A stretch of 64,000 nt of DNA from Alphaproteobacteria bacterium. Its GTDB lineage: Bacteria > Pseudomonadota > Alphaproteobacteria > UBA828. Location of the stretch: assembly GCA_965237415.1 (NCBI GenBank), contig CBDEFM010000002.1, forward strand, positions 2,112,001 to 2,176,000, read 5' to 3'. Below are positions 9,937 through 18,551 of the stretch, in pieces (position 1 is the stretch's first letter; every line of letters begins with the position of its first letter). Position numbers and translations under genes: made by a program. The notes beneath the pieces are model-generated. The model did no database searches, had not been told where the DNA came from, and saw nothing but the letters and a program-made list of their open reading frames with translations.

Positions 9937-10755
9937 ATGCCTGACCAGGACCCCGCGAAGGAACGGGCTGACGGTCGCCTTCGCCAGCGGCTGCGCCATG
10001 CCGAGCGCGTCGCACAGGGTTTGTGCACGCGATGCAGCAAGGCCCCACCGGAGCCCAACCGCAAGATGTGCCGCAGCTGCAGCGAGAAGCGGCGTGCCGC
10101 CGACCGAGCCCGTTGCGCCAAAGCCAGGGCGCAGGGTGTGCCCTACGGCGGTCGCGATCCGGTTCTGTGCCGCCATGCTGACCGCGCCGGGGACAGGCGC
10201 CGCCGCCGGGCGCGGCGCGACGCAGGACTCTGCACATCTTGCGGTCGTCACCCTCCCGCCGATGGCGGTTCCGTCTGCGATCCCTGCCGCGAGGCACGCC
10301 GCGCGTTCGACCGCCGGCGCTACGCGGCACGCAAGGCCGCCGGCGTCTGCGTGCGCTGCTGCCAGCCTGCATTGGGCGGCACATCTCGCTGTGGCCGGTG
10401 CTCGGCGCTCGAAACGGAACGCCCCTCATCCGAACGCAGGAGCGCCACTAGCAAGAAGCGCTACGCCAGACGGCGTGCAACCGGGGCATGTGTTGATTGC
10501 GGGGTGCATTCCGCTGGCTGGGCCCGCTGTCCGACCTGCTCGTACCGGTCCAATGTACGCGCGCCCATGCGTGACGGCCTGCCGGCCTGGCCGCCGTCCT
10601 ACACCGTGATCGAGCTGGAGACCGGGGTCGACCTCGGGTCGTTCGAGCATGAAGCCGAGGTGGCGGCCTGCCTCGCCTTTGCCGGCCTGCGGCCCGACCA
10701 GGTGGAAATCCGCTCGGATGCAAATCTCATGTCAATTGACGTGGCCACATCGTAG
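9937..10755 (+). CDS. Cys/Arg-rich protein with four paired CxxC...CxxC units
   Basis: CTRC/CRSC, CTSC/CDPC, CVRC/CGRC, CVDC/CPTC separated by Arg-rich helices. Confidence 0.7.
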   Translation: MPDQDPAKERADGRLRQRLRHAERVAQGLCTRCSKAPPEPNRKMCRSCSEKRRAADRARCAKARAQGVPYGGRDPVLCRHADRAGDRRRRRARRDAGLCTSCGRHPPADGGSVCDPCREARRAFDRRRYAARKAAGVCVRCCQPALGGTSRCGRCSALETERPSSERRSATSKKRYARRRATGACVDCGVHSAGWARCPTCSYRSNVRAPMRDGLPAWPPSYTVIELETGVDLGSFEHEAEVAACLAFAGLRPDQVEIRSDANLMSIDVATS

Positions 10756-10865
10756 CCATCCCACGGGGAACAACGCGACCGGCAGGGACCCGGAAGAGCC
10801 CGCGGGCGCCGGGGGGATGATCCCGGCACCCGCGCGCCCCGCCGGCGTGGAGACAGGAGGATGCC

Positions 10866-11150
10866 TTACGACCGCGCCGGCTCGACAATGATACGACCGC
10901 GGCCCCGCCTGAGGAGATAGCCGCCGCGCGGGATCGCCAGAGTGCCCTGCTCGACCAGCGGCCATAACGTGTCCACGATCAACGCCACGCTCCCCTCCGC
11001 CTTCGTTGCTCGCCGTTGCGACGACAGCCACGCGGCGAAGGCGCGCTCGCCGACCTCGTCGCCAACACTCCTGCGCAGCGCGGTGAGCTTGCGCCGCTGC
11101 CCCTTGGTCAGCGCGCTTTCGTCGATCCTACCGCTCGATGCCTCATCCAT
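10866..11150 (-). CDS. Conserved small hypothetical protein (paralog of 32598-32888)
   Basis: ALTKGQRRKL.ALR.SVGDE...TLWPLV.QGTLAIPRGGYLLRRGRGRIIVE conserved between two copies. Confidence 0.75.
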   Translation of the reverse strand: MDEASSGRIDESALTKGQRRKLTALRRSVGDEVGERAFAAWLSSQRRATKAEGSVALIVDTLWPLVEQGTLAIPRGGYLLRRGRGRIIVEPARS

Positions 11151-11221
11151 GATCGCGTCCCCGCCTGGCCGACTCCAATCCGTGCCGCAATTATATATGT
11201 AGCGACGCCTCCCCGGCGGGC

Positions 11222-11369
11222 CTATCCCTCTTGCCCGGCGCCGGCTACGCCGTCGCCAATTACTTGTTTCAGGATCGGCGAGGCCCGGAACACCACGACG
11301 CGGCGCGCCGCGATCGCCGCCGCCTCGCCGGTCTTCGGGTTGCGGCCCATGCGGCGCCCTTTGTCGCGC
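11222..11369 (-). pseudogene. IHF-alpha C-terminal remnant
   Basis: [34 protein letters not shown]; no 5' half. Confidence 0.7.
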
Positions 11370-11871
11370 TAGTGGCAGTCTATCCGCGTGTCGCGAGGTC
11401 GAGTGCAGCCTAACCAGTTGTTACAACGTCATATTGCACAAACTGGCTAGTCCTGCACCAACACCCACGACAGCAAGGTGTAAGTAAAACGCAAGAGGAT
11501 TGTAAATTACTCAGGCGTACCACAGAGCGCCCCAGTCAAATCAGTGCCCATCTTATGTCTCGAACGTAGTGAGCATTCCGTCGGCGGGTGGCGGAGGTGG
11601 GGGCAACCGACCGATCCTTCCGCCCTGCGTGCGCTCTCAACAACGATCCCGGCGAACCGTCACCCAGCGACGAATCGAATTGCAGCGCATGGCAGCCGTT
11701 CAGTAAGGCCGTGATTGGTCGCCGGCGAGAGAGATCGTCGCCAGGACTGGCACGGTTCGCTGTTCTTTCCGTACTCGGCCCTCATGGCCAGCACACTTGC
11801 CCAATGCGCGGTGGCAGGACGTCCGCGCGAACCGCGCGGCACAGCCAGAACTCTCACCGATCATCAGGTCT

Positions 11872-12155
11872 AGGATCGTGTCCCGTGAGGTGGTGTAGAA
11901 GCCTGGCGTCCGTTGCGGCATCCGGCGGTTGGGCCGGGACGCTCAGGCTGCCACGGCGGGCAGCTTGATGGTCGGATTGTCGCTGGTCTGAGCGATCGAT
12001 TCCAGCGTCATATATCTCCTTGAGACGGCCCACTCGTCGTTCTGCTCGAGGAGTATTGCACCGACGAGGCGGGTGATGGCGTCTTCGTTAGGGAAGATGC
12101 CGACAACGTTGGTGCGGCGCTTGATCTCGGCATGGAGGCGTTCGAGTGGGTTCAT
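11872..12155 (-). mobile_element. IS256 family remnant (transposase C-terminus and right end)
   Basis: NPLERLHAEIKRRTNVVGIFPNEDAITRLVGAILLEQNDEW; IR-like GATCGTGTCCCGTGAGGTGGTGTAG near 11875-11899. Confidence 0.85.
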
Positions 12156-12291
12156 AACCGGTATGAAGATGTCGGTGCCGCTCTCTCCGTCACGGTCCTT
12201 GGGGCTGTGACGTATGGTGTGAGTTGGCCCCACCTTTTCGGACAGTTTGGCGGCTGACCTAAGGTGTATTCCGGTTTATTCCGGTTTTCGT

Positions 12292-13227
12292 TCAGGCCGC
12301 CAGAATCCCCTTGAACCGACCTTCCTGTTGCTGCTGTTGCGCCTGTGGAGATGTGGGCAAGGCGCGGAGCGGCTTGTCCATCATATCCACAGGCGTCTCG
12401 CCTCGGTAGGCCTCGGCCGGGGTTCTCTCACCCAGCGCCGAGTGCGGCCTCTCGGCGTTGTAAAAGCGGAGCCATTCGCCGATCAGGCGCCGGGCGGTGA
12501 GGCCGTCGGCGATCTCGTGCAGATAGATCGCCTTGTATTTGAGCGAGCGCCACAGCCGCTCGATGAAGATATTGTCCATGCACCGGCCCCTGCCATCCAT
12601 CGAGATCCGGATGCCGGAGGCCTGCAGGCGTCCGGTGAAGACGAAGCTGGTGAACTGGCTGCCCTGGTCGGTGTTGAAGATCTCCGGCGCGCCATGCCGG
12701 GCCAGAGCCTCGTCGAGAGCCTCAACGCAGAAGCTTGCATCCAGCGTGTTCGACAGCCGCCAGGCCAGGACGTAGCGGCTCGCCCAGTCCATGATCGCCA
12801 CCAGGTAGAGGAAGCCGCGGCTCACCGGGATGTAGGTGATGTCGGCGCACCAGACATGGTTCGCCCGTTCGATCGCCAAGCCCCTGAGCAGGTAGGGCCA
12901 GACCCGGTGCTCGGGGTGGGGCGCGCTGGTCCGTGGCGCCCGATAGACCGCCTGAAGCCCCATCAGGCGCATCAGACGACCGGCCCGGCGGCGGCCGATG
13001 TACACGCCTTCGCGGCGCAGATGACGGACCATCTGGCGGGCGCCGTAAAACGGGTACTTCAGGAACAGCTCGTCGACCCGCCGCATCAGTGCCAGCGTCT
13101 CCGCGCTCTCCCCCTTCGGCTCGTAGTAGAGCGACGAGCGCCCGATCGACAGCAGGCGGCATTGCCGGCTCAGGCTCAGCGCCGGGTGATCGCGCACCGC
13201 CAGCGCGCGGCGTTCCGACCGGCTCAT
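12292..13227 (-). CDS. IS3 transposase OrfB (DDE)
   Basis: WCADITY, NTDQGSQF, DNIFIERLWRSLK. Confidence 0.92.
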   Translation of the reverse strand: MSRSERRALAVRDHPALSLSRQCRLLSIGRSSLYYEPKGESAETLALMRRVDELFLKYPFYGARQMVRHLRREGVYIGRRRAGRLMRLMGLQAVYRAPRTSAPHPEHRVWPYLLRGLAIERANHVWCADITYIPVSRGFLYLVAIMDWASRYVLAWRLSNTLDASFCVEALDEALARHGAPEIFNTDQGSQFTSFVFTGRLQASGIRISMDGRGRCMDNIFIERLWRSLKYKAIYLHEIADGLTARRLIGEWLRFYNAERPHSALGERTPAEAYRGETPVDMMDKPLRALPTSPQAQQQQQEGRFKGILAA

Positions 13228-13508
13228 CGACCCGATCCGCGTGACAAAATATCCCGCTCAACGATCAGCTCCCCGATCTTCGCGTGAAGATCGCGGACCT
13301 CGCCCTCATGATCCCGGGCCCGACCCTCGGCGCCCTTCGAGAACACCTCGCCAAGCCCCTCGATCGCCTGGCGCTTCCAGGCGCCCACCTGGTTCGGGTG
13401 AACCTGGTATTTCGAAGCGATCTCCTGCAGCGTCCGGTCGCCCCGAAGCGCCTCAAGCGCCACCTTCGCCTTCAGTTCCCCTGAAAACCTGCGTCGCTTG
13501 CTACTCAT
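13224..13508 (-). CDS. IS3 transposase OrfA (HTH)
   Basis: RRFSGELKAKVALEA...IASKYQVHPNQV..WK, LHAKIGEL; ATGA overlap with orfB. Confidence 0.9.
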   Translation of the reverse strand: MSSKRRRFSGELKAKVALEALRGDRTLQEIASKYQVHPNQVGAWKRQAIEGLGEVFSKGAEGRARDHEGEVRDLHAKIGELIVERDILSRGSGR

Positions 13509-13670
13509 CTGTATCCCTCCGTCAAGCGGTGGAATACACCTTATCGACCTGTCCGATTTTCCGGGGCCACCTCAGACCCGGCTGCACGAGCTCCTACCCT
13601 GGCACTGGAAGGCTGATCTCGAGCAGGCCCTCGCCGCATAGCCTGCGGCCCCCGCCGGATGCTTACCACT

Positions 13671-14300
13671 CTATTGCAATGCCTGCGGATTATTCGCCAA
13701 GTATCGCCACATTACGACATCCACGACACTTCTTGGCTCACCAGTCACTCTCGAAATCTCTCTACACACCTCAAATGCGTCCTTGAAACCGAACTTTTTC
13801 GCCAACCGTGACAAGTGTCGATCAGGCTTTACAACGTCCAATCCCAAGTTTTTAGCCAAGTGCCAAGTCGTTATTGGTCCAATTTGAGGAAATTTTCGAA
13901 ACTCCGTTATAGGATCCCTTTCTATAGATTCTCTAACTGCGTCGAATCCCTCCGCATACACACGGCGCGCTATATCGAGTATAGCCGCAAGTTTCCGCTC
14001 GTTTCTAAACGCGCTCCTAGCGCAAATGCGACATATCGGGTCTGCCTCTACGATCGCCTCCGCAGACTCCCAGTCACAAAAGCATAAGGACACATATCCA
14101 AATCGCTCGCGAATGATTCTCTCACTAAATCCGGAACAAAGAACAACCCATGCCGTCTCCCTCAACAAGTCTGTCTCCGTGAAACTCGCGAACTGCAAGT
14201 TTCTCTGCCACTTTACCTCGTGCCTCCACTCTTCCCTGCTCGAATACCACGAAGCATCCGCAAAAAAAAGAAGCGCCCCCCTCAAATCAGCCTTTCTCAT
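13671..14300 (-). CDS. cap11: N-glycosylase/DNA lyase (OGG/HhH-GPD-like), type IV CBASS Cap11-like
   Basis: FPQIGPITTWHLAKNLG...KPDRHL HhH motif; last gene of the CD-NTase operon. Confidence 0.78.
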   Translation of the reverse strand: MRKADLRGALLFFADASWYSSREEWRHEVKWQRNLQFASFTETDLLRETAWVVLCSGFSERIIRERFGYVSLCFCDWESAEAIVEADPICRICARSAFRNERKLAAILDIARRVYAEGFDAVRESIERDPITEFRKFPQIGPITTWHLAKNLGLDVVKPDRHLSRLAKKFGFKDAFEVCREISRVTGEPRSVVDVVMWRYLANNPQALQ

Positions 14301-14880
14301 GTTTGCCCCTTTTGACGTTATCCTTCCACCAAAACTTCATTTTTGTCATCACTAGAGATGCTGACGGGTGAGAGTCGAGGTGCCTGCTCAGTGCGATTTT
14401 TCTCAAATGTCTGCGCTTTTGTGGCAAGAAATCTGCCTCCGAAACTGCTTCTCCAACGGCCCCCGCCAAATCGTACTGCGCCAAGACTCGCCGTATCGCC
14501 GACTCATCACGGTTGCTAGCAGTCAATATATAACCTGCTTCCCGTTTCACCGCCGCATACAGTTCGAACGTCCGTCTGTGAGCATTCGCCCTGCCCATCC
14601 AATCGACCTTCAGTTGTATGAGCGTCAGCATGAAGGTCGCGAAGCCCAATAAACCCATCCAGATCCTATCATTCATATCAAATGGCGTGAGCTGAAAGCC
14701 AATTTGTGGTTCGACAAAAGCCAACGCGACCAGCCACAGAGCTATAGCGAGCCTTGCAACGTCAAGGGTTAGTGCTCGCCGCTGATACCTGTCGCGCAAA
14801 CCCGCGTGAGCACTACAAAGCATATCTGAAACCCGCCTTACTCGCGCAAGCTCTGCATAAATATCTGCGCACTCGCTCAT
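14287..14880 (-). CDS. 2TM (SLATT-like) CBASS effector
   Basis: Two hydrophobic helices, SAH...RYQR before TM1, W..RA.AH after TM2; ATGA-coupled to the CD-NTase. Confidence 0.75.
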   Translation of the reverse strand: MSECADIYAELARVRRVSDMLCSAHAGLRDRYQRRALTLDVARLAIALWLVALAFVEPQIGFQLTPFDMNDRIWMGLLGFATFMLTLIQLKVDWMGRANAHRRTFELYAAVKREAGYILTASNRDESAIRRVLAQYDLAGAVGEAVSEADFLPQKRRHLRKIALSRHLDSHPSASLVMTKMKFWWKDNVKRGKHEKG

Positions 14881-15821
14881 TCATCCAATCCAAACAGCGC
14901 TCGCCACTGCGCCAAAGATCTAGCAGCAGTCGCATTTCTCATTCTTCGGGCAATTCTGCCCAACAAATGGCTCGCTGCCTTTCGTTCCGGACTCTCAGCT
15001 GCACCGAGATACCCGTCCACATGAACTGACTGTCCTGTGCTATCCCTTATGGGCCTCAATACGAACTCACGTGCCCGTTCAAAAAACTCTGGGAGCATCG
15101 CTGCAGTCGATTTCACACCACTATAGTTGCGAAATATAGAGATAGCAAGAGATTCAGTGTGATAACCACTTAATCTACGTGTCTCTGGTAGTTGACCTAT
15201 AACTGCCTTTATCAATTTAATGGTTGGCACTAGCTTGCCGCCACATTCCGCATTGCGCCGTGTAAGAGCTTCCTGAAATTTTTGTGGATCAATCAACGAC
15301 CACGAATTTCGATCTCTTGAAGAGGGAACCTGAAACTTCCCGTCCGCTGTACGCAGCGCCGGAAGTAGCTGAACTACCACACCATCACCATAGTCTAGCG
15401 TTACTGCCATTTGACCAACAGACACAGTGGCTAGTCCACGTAGCTCCTGGGACAAGATATCCCGCATCCGCACAAGCGCTTCCCTAGGTGCCTCGTTCAT
15501 TAGGCCACTCTCGTTAATCAGCAGTAACGAGTCGATGTCACTAAGCCCGTTTACGTATGTATGTTTTGCTACAGAACCACCATAAAGGTGCTCAAATGGT
15601 CCTCTTAGTGCGTCACCCAACAGTTCGCTCAGCCCATCCAGCAACTCTCGCGCGGTCTCAGTGTCGCGCGCGTTATACTGACCCAACAGCTCCCCCAACC
15701 CAACGGCCAACTCAGTGTCGAACGCCACGTCCCTTGTTTTGTCTTCTTCCTTGCGAACCTGCTCACGCAATGCCGCTGGGCTTCGGTAGACGAATGCACC
15801 ACCACTGCCGCTTCCGCCCAT
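14877..15821 (-). CDS. cGAS/DncV-like nucleotidyltransferase (CD-NTase), type IV CBASS
   Basis: GGSVAKHTYVNGLSDID, QLLPA, KLIK, LSGYHTE; likely start MGGSGSGG at 15821, just after the TGT-like stop. Confidence 0.88.
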   Translation of the reverse strand: MGGSGSGGAFVYRSPAALREQVRKEEDKTRDVAFDTELAVGLGELLGQYNARDTETARELLDGLSELLGDALRGPFEHLYGGSVAKHTYVNGLSDIDSLLLINESGLMNEAPREALVRMRDILSQELRGLATVSVGQMAVTLDYGDGVVVQLLPALRTADGKFQVPSSRDRNSWSLIDPQKFQEALTRRNAECGGKLVPTIKLIKAVIGQLPETRRLSGYHTESLAISIFRNYSGVKSTAAMLPEFFERAREFVLRPIRDSTGQSVHVDGYLGAAESPERKAASHLLGRIARRMRNATAARSLAQWRALFGLDE

Positions 15822-15822
15822 A

Positions 15823-16794
15823 TCACTCTCCAACTTCTTCCATGACGCTTTCCAGGGATTGCCGGAAAAGGTCTCGGTGATGCCCAAATACATTGGGGTC
15901 GTGATCCTGCAAGTACCGGCGCATCTCTAACTCTAGTTCTCTTATATAGTAGTAGTTATCGTTCCAACAGCGTCCATCAATTACGTGCGCCTTCGTAGTC
16001 ACACCATATTTTACTGCTCCGTAGTTGTGCTTATATACTGTGTAGCCGTCACTAAAGGCGAACCGCAACCAGGTTAACCCATCGAATATATCCGCCCCGG
16101 CCAAAAAGTATAAGGGCGTAGTAACGGTGTCAAGACTGCCAAACACGTGTATGGGTGTCTCTAAATCAACCTTGGTGAGAGCAAGACGCAGACGAGCTAT
16201 ATTTTTCATTCGATCAAGAATGGAATTGCCTACCTCCTTCTCAGTCACCCCAATAACATCGAATTCGCCTAGCTGGCGGACATGATCTATTACGCTTTGA
16301 ATCTTTAACAGTGTTTGCCCACCGGTTTCAGGCTTAAAAAGAACTTCCCTGAGACAGTCCCCCTGGGGTAGCTCCATTTGAAGCGCACGTTCAATTTGTG
16401 ACTTTACCGGCAGCCGCTCATCAGGGTGATCATAGCTTATAATCACAGTAGGCACGCCGGACCTCCACTTGGTCAACTCGCTAGCGTGCATTTCTTGTGA
16501 CCAGAGCTTAGGAATATGCTCCCTGTCGCCAAAGTCTGAGAGCTCTCGGTCCTTCGACGCCTCGTAACCCCCACTGTCCAAAAAAATGAGAGAAGGAAAA
16601 TTTAATGATGGAAGCCGCTGTTCGTAATAGAGGTCGTATGCACTAACCAAGGTAGCGCCATCAATAAGTTCAGAGCTGTATTCCACAATTTTATGAATGT
16701 CAAGGAATCCCTTACTCGAAAACGACGGGACAAGAAGGGGAGTTCTTTCAACCTCCATGTTGTGCAGCTTCAAACTGCGGCGTTGTGCTAGCAT
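15823..16794 (-). CDS. cap10: TGT-like protein (Cap10-like)
   Basis: FLDSGGYE, PIHVFG, GADIFDG motifs of the tRNA-guanine transglycosylase fold. Confidence 0.8.
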   Translation of the reverse strand: MLAQRRSLKLHNMEVERTPLLVPSFSSKGFLDIHKIVEYSSELIDGATLVSAYDLYYEQRLPSLNFPSLIFLDSGGYEASKDRELSDFGDREHIPKLWSQEMHASELTKWRSGVPTVIISYDHPDERLPVKSQIERALQMELPQGDCLREVLFKPETGGQTLLKIQSVIDHVRQLGEFDVIGVTEKEVGNSILDRMKNIARLRLALTKVDLETPIHVFGSLDTVTTPLYFLAGADIFDGLTWLRFAFSDGYTVYKHNYGAVKYGVTTKAHVIDGRCWNDNYYYIRELELEMRRYLQDHDPNVFGHHRDLFRQSLESVMEEVGE

Positions 16795-17408
16795 CCGAGC
16801 ATGCTTCGGTCATGACAAGACAGGCATGTTCCGCAAGGAGGTTCTGCTCCTGCTTCACAACTATATGTTTGGTCAATCGGAAGGTCGGAGTTGCAAAAAT
16901 AGGAGAAAATATCTGACTTCGACCACGTAACAAAAGGTGCAACAACAGTAACACGACCGTCGGTATGTTCCTTGATTACCCTATCGATGCTATCAATGAA
17001 ACTCTTGGAACAGTCATAATAGGGTGTACCAGAATGCACTCCGATGGAGAGAAGCTGAGTTCGAAAATTGTTGGAAAAGAGTGCCAGAAATAGAAACAAG
17101 GCGTTGCGCCCAAGCAGTTCCCCGGGGCCCGAGCGTGAGAGCCCGCTCACCGACAAGACACGAAATGGTATAGACAGAAACGTAGAGATTGACCTTGCTG
17201 ACCTAAGTTCAGGTCTACTCGCGGCTTGTCCGTAATCGATGAATAGGGCGTCCACAGAATAATTCTGTTGGAGCAAATAGTGCGCGCAGCAGGTTGAATC
17301 TATACCACCGCTCAGGAGGACCGTCGCTGATGCTTGTTCCTTCAAGGCGTATTCCTTCGCGCATCCCTTTGCATGTACAGTTGAAGCATTCGCTTCTGGA
17401 TCAGCCAA
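16788..17408 (-). CDS. cap9: QueC-like protein (Cap9-like)
   Basis: LLSGGIDS PP-loop, DYGQ, GRN, YYDC, SC-x7-CGTCLSC zinc motif; start uncertain. Confidence 0.85.
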   Translation of the reverse strand: MADPEANASTVHAKGCAKEYALKEQASATVLLSGGIDSTCCAHYLLQQNYSVDALFIDYGQAASRPELRSARSISTFLSIPFRVLSVSGLSRSGPGELLGRNALFLFLALFSNNFRTQLLSIGVHSGTPYYDCSKSFIDSIDRVIKEHTDGRVTVVAPFVTWSKSDIFSYFCNSDLPIDQTYSCEAGAEPPCGTCLSCHDRSMLGC

Positions 17409-18224
17409 GCGTTGACGCTGCGGGTAGAAAAAACCCGAAGTGACGATGCTCTCCTATTAAGCTATCCAACGCTGGCGATGGGGCCCGGGCCAGATGCGCA
17501 GTGAGGTGTGATCACTCGATGTCACTGCCACGCCGAACTCGTAGTTCAGGGAGAGACTGGACTTCCGCTTCGGGCCCCCGCTCATGGGGACCTCTCAGGG
17601 TCTGTTGCGAATCTAGTGTGGCTACTACATCAAGCACGCCTCTGCCTGCAAGCTAGTATCTAGAGCACAGAGCGGCCTAGCGTCACGTGGACGGGGAGCA
17701 CGAGGAAGCGGCTCGGCAAAGGATAGCCTGGTTGTGTCCACCCGCTTCCCACACGGACCACGGCACCCACGAGCTGCTGTCAACGCAACCACGGTATCCT
17801 GCCCTGTCCGCCGCAGCCATCGCGTTCATGGTTGGAGTATTGCAACCATCTCTTCGCGCCATTTGCGGTCATCATGACTGCGCGCTCCGAGAGGATCCAC
17901 TCAACCAACTGGTGCGGCGCGGCTTTTGCCAATCTCATGCGGCGTTGCCCTGCAAATCGGAAAACTCTCGGCAAGCGCTCCGCAAGCGACGCGATTCCAA
18001 GGTGTGCGCGTCCATGACACACACGGCGGCCCACCCTGAACGCATCGACCCTACTGTTAGGTGTCAACGGCAGTGTGAACGCGCGCCAGTGCGGCAGCTG
18101 AGGTACGGGAACGACGCCCCGAGACCCATCGAATTCGGCTTGTTCGACACGGGGCTTCTCCTCCTCTCCCTCGGGCGCCCTTGCCCCGGACGACATTCCT
18201 GGCCTGGTCCCACCGGCAGATCAT

Positions 18225-18551
18225 TCAATCGCCGATGGGCGGCGAGCACGGCGCGGGGTTCATCACCATCACGTCCTGCTCCTGAATTGCGTCGAGCGCC
18301 CAGACCGAGCTGATGAAGGCCTGCCACGCGGGGTCCGCGCTCATCGCGGCCCGCTGCTTCTCGCGATCGGCGAGGCTGTCGTAGGCCCAGATCAGGACGA
18401 TCCGGTGGAGCCGGCCGATTTCGGAGACGTAAAGCCCGACGAAGCGGCCGAGGTGGCGCTTCTGGATGGGGAGGCCTTCCGCCTCGTACTTCTTGAGCCA
18501 GCCGTCCACCGTGCCGGGACGGAAGGTGTAGGTCCGGTGCTCGACGATCAT
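18225..18551 (-). CDS. NIPSNAP family protein
   Basis: MIVEHRTY...SEIG...WAYDSLADR..RAAM..DPAW. Confidence 0.88.
   Translation of the reverse strand: MIVEHRTYTFRPGTVDGWLKKYEAEGLPIQKRHLGRFVGLYVSEIGRLHRIVLIWAYDSLADREKQRAAMSADPAWQAFISSVWALDAIQEQDVMVMNPAPCSPPIGD

Larger units (their letters stand above)
12220..13574 (-). mobile_element. IS3 family element
   Basis: IRs TGAGTTGGCCCC..TTTTCGGACAG (12220) and rc TGAGGTGGCCCC..AAATCGGACAG (13574); orfA/orfB inside; no obvious target duplication. Confidence 0.9.

Noticed and set aside
5383-11419. Integron cassette array (RYYYAAC motifs, low-GC small genes)
   Set aside because: No paired attC hairpins could be traced, genes are in mixed orientation and there is no IntI-type integrase.
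15823-17408. Queuosine biosynthesis, Dpd or QatABCD locus
   Set aside because: No queD/queE/dpdA-C, KAP ATPase or TatD; coupling to a CD-NTase and 2TM effector fits type IV CBASS.
17420-18215. Possible ORFs and a CTAG cluster upstream of CBASS
   Set aside because: No recognisable protein motifs; CTAG is also frequent in nearby low-GC coding DNA, so it is not diagnostic.
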